From: an uncultured Acidobacteriota bacterium
GTDB taxonomy: Bacteria > Acidobacteriota > Vicinamibacteria > Vicinamibacterales > UBA8438
DNA: 64,000 nt
Direction: 5' to 3'
NCBI GenBank assembly: GCA_913043225.1
Contig: CAJWLU010000008.1
Coordinates: forward strand, 1-64,000
The notes under the pieces were generated by a model. The model was not told the origin of the DNA. It did not search any database and saw only the letters and a program-made list of their open reading frames with translations. Every line of letters begins with the position of its first letter. The first letter of the stretch is position 1. Positions 58,769 through 64,000 of this stretch are shown in pieces. Position numbers and translations under genes: made by a program.

Positions 58769-59812
58769 CTAGCGGCCCTGCTTATCGAGATAGCGCTCGT
58801 TGGTGAGCGCGTGCTCCATCGCGTAGTTCCCTTCGTGGCAGGCGAACTCGTAGATCACGCCGGTGCCGGGCGCCGGCCGCATCAGCATCCGAGCGGTCCA
58901 CGGAGCGGTCCAGGTTGATGGGTCGTTCACCGTGTACTCGTACTCGAGCATTTCGGGGCCCACCCGGGTAAACCGTTCGGTGATTTGGGCGTTGGTGGTC
59001 GAGCCGTTGACCCCGCGCTTGAGATTGCTCGTTTCCACCACCAGCGTATCGCCGTTCCAGTGCCCGCGGGAGGTTCCGGTATTGGTCCGTGGTCCAGACA
59101 CGGCCGGCGACGCGTCTCCCAGCGGGATGATGCGGGTCTCATGGTGCATCTCGATCTGGATGGCGAGGTGGCTTGCCGACTGAAAGATCTGGTAGTTACT
59201 GTTGTAGCCCCGTCCGCTCAGTATCGCGCCCGCGCCCCGACACCGGATAGCGGGGTCGACTGCCGCGATCTCCTGCGCCAGGGTTAGTCGGCCGTCAGGG
59301 CCAGGTTGCCCCCGCTGGGCTCGTGCCCGTTCGGTGCGCGCCTCGGCTTCAGGAGTGCGAGGCGGGAGCCGCCCGTTTGGAGGGTCCACCACCAGCGAGG
59401 TGCGGTTGTCGAACCAACGGTCGATCATCCAGAACTGGTTGTAGCTCCGTGTCGAGGTGTTGGACGACCGCCGCGCTGCCCGTTCCTCTTCCTCTGCGGG
59501 GCTTTGGACCGCCGCGAGTGCCCGGAGGTACGGAGTGTCGCCGAAGACCGCGTCGCCGCCGACGCTGTCGTACTCGGCCATGTAGGCCGCCATCGCAGCC
59601 ACTTCCTCGTTGGTCAGCGTGGCGCGCTCCCCGAGCGACTCCGGCCGCTGAAATGGGGTGGCCGAATCGTTGGCCCAGATCCCCTGGAGATTCGGGTGAC
59701 CGTCGGCGGTGCGCGGCATGGTCCACCCGTCCGGAGCCTGTCCTGCCGATACCACCGGGGCTAGCGCCGCGACGAGTAGCGCTGCCGCTGCCGCGATACC
59801 TCGATTCCTCAT
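58769..59812 (-). CDS. 'ACHEGN' family secreted protein, paralog 6
   Basis: RTADGHPNLQGIW..IRC..WNGDTLVV..YEFACHEGNY. Confidence 0.85.
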   Translation of the reverse strand: MRNRGIAAAAALLVAALAPVVSAGQAPDGWTMPRTADGHPNLQGIWANDSATPFQRPESLGERATLTNEEVAAMAAYMAEYDSVGGDAVFGDTPYLRALAAVQSPAEEEERAARRSSNTSTRSYNQFWMIDRWFDNRTSLVVDPPNGRLPPRTPEAEARTERARAQRGQPGPDGRLTLAQEIAAVDPAIRCRGAGAILSGRGYNSNYQIFQSASHLAIQIEMHHETRIIPLGDASPAVSGPRTNTGTSRGHWNGDTLVVETSNLKRGVNGSTTNAQITERFTRVGPEMLEYEYTVNDPSTWTAPWTARMLMRPAPGTGVIYEFACHEGNYAMEHALTNERYLDKQGR

Positions 59813-59928
59813 CTCGTCCTCCATTGGGCGTCTCGCGACGGCCCGGACCCTGACTTTCTCTCGCCCACGATAGGGCTACTTGGCGTCTAAGGCAAGCGCG
59901 TAGCCCATGGTGAGAGAATCGTCGGGCG

Positions 59929-62472
59929 ATGGCACGGCCGCTCGCAGACTTTCTTCCGTCCGGATCCGCTGACAGCGACGAGCTGCTGGGGCGCTTTCTC
60001 GAGTATGTCGATGCGCTCGGGCTGTCCCTGTACCCAGCACAGGAAGAAGCGATTCTGACACTATTCGCCGACCGGCATCTCATCCTCAGTACGCCGACCG
60101 GGTCGGGTAAGTCGCTGGTGGCCTTCGCGATGCACTTTGCGTCGCTGGCCCGAGGGCGACGTTCTATCTATACCTGTCCTGTCAAGGCACTGGTCAACGA
60201 GAAGTGGATCAACCTCTGCCGCGAGCTAGGTCCCGAGCGCGTCGGGCTCGTGACCGGCGACGCGACGGTGAATCGCGACGCCCCGGTGCTGTGCTGTACG
60301 GCCGAGATCCTGGCCAATCTGGCACTCCGGGAAGGTTCGCTGGCCGCGGTCGATGACGTTGTGATGGATGAGTTTCACTGGTACGGCGACCGGGAGCGGG
60401 GTATGGCCTGGCAGGTTCCGCTCCTGACGCTCTCCGATACCCGCTTTCTGCTGATGTCGGCCACGCTCGGCGATGTGAGCTTCTTCGAGCGGGATCTCCG
60501 GGAGCGAACTGGGCGCCAAACGGCGACTGTGACCTCGGTGCACCGCCCCGTGCCTCTCCACTATCGCTATTCTGAGGCGCCGCTTACCGAGGCGGTTGAG
60601 TCCCAGGTCGAAGCGGGGCGGGCGCCGGTCTATGTCGTGCACTTTACCCAGAAGGAGGCGGCCGAGAGCGCGCAGGCGTTCACCAGTCTCAGGGTGACTT
60701 CGAAGAAAGAGAAGCGGGCCATCGTCAAGGCCATCGGCAAGGTGCGGTTTAGCAGCCCTTACGGTCCCCGCGTGCGTACCTGGCTCCAGCACGGCATCGG
60801 CATCCACCATGCGGGGCTGCTGCCGAAGTATCGGGTGCTGGTTGAGCGTCTCGCTCAGCAGGGATTACTCAAGGTTATCTGCGGTACGGACACGCTCGGG
60901 GTGGGTGTTAACGTGCCGATCAAGACGGTGCTGTTCAGCCGGTTGTGCAAGTACGACGGTGAGAAGACGGCGGTGCTGTCGGCGCGTGACTTTCACCAGA
61001 TCTCCGGGCGGGCGGGACGGAAGGGTTTCGACGAGCAGGGCTTCGTGGTGGCGCAGGCCCCCGAGCACGTCATCGAGAACCGTCGCTTGGCGGAGAAAGC
61101 GAAGACCGGCCGTCGCGTTGTCATGCGTCGGCCACCGAAAGGCAACTTTGCACCTTGGGATGGACAAACCTTCGAGCGGTTGACCAAGGCTCCACCCGAA
61201 CGGCTCGTCTCACGGTTTCGGGTCTCGCACGGGATGCTATTGAACGTGCTAGCTCGATCCGGGGACGGATGTGGGGCGATGCGGCAGCTCATCAGGGACA
61301 GTCACGAGAGCTCGGCCGCGCGGGGCGCTCATCGCCGGCGTGGCTGGCAGCTCTTCAGATCGCTGGTCGAGCGCGGAGTGATCGCGCTGGATGAGGGCAA
61401 CGCCCCTGGTCGACACGTCCGCGTCAACGTCGAGCTGCAGGATGACTTCTCGATGGACCAGGCGCTGTCGCTGTATTTGCTCGAGGCGGTGCCTCAGCTC
61501 GATGAAGCGGCAGACACCCATCCGCTCGATCTCCTGACACTGGTCGAGAGCATCCTTGAAGACCCCGCGGCGATTCTCCGTCGACAGCTCGCCCGGTTGA
61601 AGGCACAGGCCGTCGCAGAGATGAAGGCGGCTGGTCTGCACTATCACCAGCGGATGGAAGAGCTGGAGAAGCTCGAGTATCCCAAGCCGCTTCGCGAGTT
61701 CGTCTACGCTACCTTCAATGCGTTCGCGGCTCGACATCCGTGGGTCGGGGAGGAGAACATCCGACCCAAATCGATTGCCCGCGAAATGTTCGAGACGTTT
61801 CGCTCGTTCGATGACTACGTTCGGGAGTACGACCTTCATCGGGTGGAAGGGCTCCTGCTCCGTCATCTAGGGAGCGTCTACAAGGTGCTCCGGCAGACGG
61901 TCCCGGACGGTGCAAAGAGCGAAGCCGTTGTAGAGATGGAGCTCTATTTGCGGGACCTCGTGCGTCGGGTGGACTCCATGTTGCTCGAGGAATGGGAGCG
62001 GATGCAGGAGAGGGCTCCCTCGGATGGTGTCGCGCCCGCCCCGCCGGCTGGATCTGCTCGCCGGGTCGCAGATCTGACTCAGGACCGGACCGTCTTCCTT
62101 GCCCAGATCAGGACACAGATGTTTGGTCTGCTCCGGGCCTGGGCGATTGGTGACGATGCGGCCGCCATTGGGCGCCTGGAGGCCGTGTTCGATGGGGAGG
62201 GACAGCCCTGGACGGCCGAGCGGTTCGCTTATGCTCGTGAGCGCTTCGGCGCGGCGCGAGGGCGGCTACGACTCGATCCTGAGGGACGCAACCGGCGCCA
62301 TACCTATGTCGATGCCGATTCGGTCCCAGGCTGCTGGCGAGTCGAGCAGATGCTGATCGATACCGAGGAATTTAACGATTGGATGGCCACGTTTCACGTT
62401 GATCTCGAAGCGTCGCGGATTGCTGGCGAGCCGGCCTTGCGGCTGGTCCGGATCGGCCCCTTGGTCCCCTAG
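59929..62472 (+). CDS. Ski2-like DExH RNA helicase with DUF3516
   Basis: [46 protein letters not shown]. Confidence 0.92.
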   Translation: MARPLADFLPSGSADSDELLGRFLEYVDALGLSLYPAQEEAILTLFADRHLILSTPTGSGKSLVAFAMHFASLARGRRSIYTCPVKALVNEKWINLCRELGPERVGLVTGDATVNRDAPVLCCTAEILANLALREGSLAAVDDVVMDEFHWYGDRERGMAWQVPLLTLSDTRFLLMSATLGDVSFFERDLRERTGRQTATVTSVHRPVPLHYRYSEAPLTEAVESQVEAGRAPVYVVHFTQKEAAESAQAFTSLRVTSKKEKRAIVKAIGKVRFSSPYGPRVRTWLQHGIGIHHAGLLPKYRVLVERLAQQGLLKVICGTDTLGVGVNVPIKTVLFSRLCKYDGEKTAVLSARDFHQISGRAGRKGFDEQGFVVAQAPEHVIENRRLAEKAKTGRRVVMRRPPKGNFAPWDGQTFERLTKAPPERLVSRFRVSHGMLLNVLARSGDGCGAMRQLIRDSHESSAARGAHRRRGWQLFRSLVERGVIALDEGNAPGRHVRVNVELQDDFSMDQALSLYLLEAVPQLDEAADTHPLDLLTLVESILEDPAAILRRQLARLKAQAVAEMKAAGLHYHQRMEELEKLEYPKPLREFVYATFNAFAARHPWVGEENIRPKSIAREMFETFRSFDDYVREYDLHRVEGLLLRHLGSVYKVLRQTVPDGAKSEAVVEMELYLRDLVRRVDSMLLEEWERMQERAPSDGVAPAPPAGSARRVADLTQDRTVFLAQIRTQMFGLLRAWAIGDDAAAIGRLEAVFDGEGQPWTAERFAYARERFGAARGRLRLDPEGRNRRHTYVDADSVPGCWRVEQMLIDTEEFNDWMATFHVDLEASRIAGEPALRLVRIGPLVP

Positions 62473-62516
62473 GCTGTAGAATGCCGCACGACGTTTGAAT
62501 CTCTCGGAGGCTCCCG

Positions 62517-64000
62517 ATGTTTGCACGTACCGTCTTCGCCCTTGTTCTCCTTGTTCTCGTTGCTTCTCCCGTATTGGCCCAGGCGCCCGCGTTGTCGCCG
62601 GTTACTGATGCGGTGCTCCAGGACCCGGAGCCAGGCGACTGGCTGAACTGGCGGCGCACGCTGGATGGATGGGGCTACAGCCCGCTCGATCAGGTGGACC
62701 GCTCAAATGTTGGTGGTCTACGGATGGTCTGGTCTTGGGGCCTCGACCCCGGTATTTCGCAGACGACGCCGCTCGTCCATGACGGCGTCATGTTCATCGC
62801 TAACCCCGGCAACATGGTGCAGGCGCTTGACGCGCAGACGGGCGACTTTCTCTGGGAGTACCGTCGAGAGATCGAGCCCGCGCGTCGGGCTGGAACTCAG
62901 ATGCGCAGTCTGGCGATGTACCAGGACATGGTCATCCTGAACACCTTCGACGCGCACGTGGTAGCGCTGGATGCCCGCACTGGCGAGGTGCGCTGGGATA
63001 CTCCGATCATGGACGAGCCCGGCTACGGGTTCACCAGCGGACCGATCATTGCAGACGGCATCATCGTGGCTGGGCTGATGGGCTGCGACATGTATCGGGA
63101 AGATACCTGCTACATCGTTGGCATCGATGCGGCAACTGGGCAAGAGGCCTGGCGGACGTCGACGGTGGCCCAGCCCGGTGAACGTGGTGGAGATTCGTGG
63201 GGCGATCTGCCGCTGCTGTTCCGTGCAGGTGGCGACGCCTGGATTCCTGGTAGCTACGATCCTGGCACCGGCCTGATCTACTACGGCACTTCGCAGGCCA
63301 AGCCGTGGACGCGCGACGCGCGGCGTACCGATGGCGATGCGCTCTACAGCAACTCGACGCTCGCGCTCGATCCGACCACCGGCGAGATGCAGTGGTACTT
63401 TCAGCACATTCCTGGCGACAGCCACGACATGGACGAGACATTCGAGCGGATTCTGGTGGACTACGACGGTAAGCAGTCGGTGTTCAGCATGGGGAAGCTC
63501 GCTATTCTCTGGGAGCTTGACCGGGCGACGGGCGAGTTCCGGAAAGCCGTCGATCTGGGCTACCAGAACATCCTCGATGTCGACGAATCTGGCGTGGTTA
63601 CCCACCGCGAAGACATGATTTCGGATGTCGGCGAGCTGCTCTATTTCTGTCCGAGCACCGGCGGCTTCAAGAGCCTGCGGGCGATGGCCTATCATCCCGA
63701 CACGGCCGCGATGTACATCCCGTTGCATCTGAACTGCGAAACCGCCGCCTTCGGGCCGGTCGAATACCGTGACGGGGGCGGGGGCACCGGCTGGGTCCGC
63801 GATCGGCAGAACCACTTCCATCCCGATTCTCCCGACCAGCTTGGCGAGTTCCAGGCGCTGGACATCAGGACCGGCGAGACGCTCTGGAAGCATCGCCGTC
63901 GGTCGCCGTACAACACGGCGGCGCTCACCACCGGCGGCGGATTGGTGTTCGTCGGCGACTGGGAGCGTTACGTTTTCGCCTACGACGTCGAGAGCGGAGA
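62517..64000 (+). CDS. PQQ-dependent alcohol/sugar dehydrogenase (partial; runs off window end)
   Basis: Manual translation: SD GGAGG, MFARTVFALVLL signal, DWLNWRRTLDGWGYSPLDQV, TPLVHDGVMF, AWIPGSYD, WYFQHIPGDSHDMDE, LTTGGGLVF. Confidence 0.88.
   Translation, partial: MFARTVFALVLLVLVASPVLAQAPALSPVTDAVLQDPEPGDWLNWRRTLDGWGYSPLDQVDRSNVGGLRMVWSWGLDPGISQTTPLVHDGVMFIANPGNMVQALDAQTGDFLWEYRREIEPARRAGTQMRSLAMYQDMVILNTFDAHVVALDARTGEVRWDTPIMDEPGYGFTSGPIIADGIIVAGLMGCDMYREDTCYIVGIDAATGQEAWRTSTVAQPGERGGDSWGDLPLLFRAGGDAWIPGSYDPGTGLIYYGTSQAKPWTRDARRTDGDALYSNSTLALDPTTGEMQWYFQHIPGDSHDMDETFERILVDYDGKQSVFSMGKLAILWELDRATGEFRKAVDLGYQNILDVDESGVVTHREDMISDVGELLYFCPSTGGFKSLRAMAYHPDTAAMYIPLHLNCETAAFGPVEYRDGGGGTGWVRDRQNHFHPDSPDQLGEFQALDIRTGETLWKHRRRSPYNTAALTTGGGLVFVGDWERYVFAYDVESG

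Noticed and set aside
1..64000. CRISPR array, IS/transposase, integrase, prophage, rRNA
   Set aside because: No regularly spaced repeats or recognisable protein motifs were seen by eye.

Overview
This is a high-GC, gene-dense 64 kb bacterial chromosomal window, most consistent with Acidobacteriota, probably Vicinamibacteria. That placement is inferred from the acidobacterial VWFA-type protein, the DUF5916 paralogs and the many PQQ propellers. It holds about 50 CDSs and two tRNAs (His-GUG, Arg-UCU); no CRISPR array, integrase, transposase or rRNA was seen. Housekeeping genes (greB, xth, sirtuin, DUF3516 helicase) are mixed with an acyl-CoA catabolic cluster and many exported hydrolases and redox proteins. 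The most notable items are: (1) six divergent paralogs of an uncharacterised secreted family ending in 'ACHEGN'; (2) a translationally coupled pair encoding a YVTN-propeller/di-haem/degenerate sGDH fusion and a PQQ dehydrogenase fused to a Met-less cupredoxin; (3) a PhlABC-like pair of an HMGS-fold/DUF35 fusion and a thiolase; (4) pervasive leaderless-type promoters, including overlapping bidirectional -10 boxes; (5) a phosphodiesterase ORF whose only upstream canonical starts lie inside tRNA-His; and (6) several decayed genes. All family calls come from visual motif recognition, not database searches.
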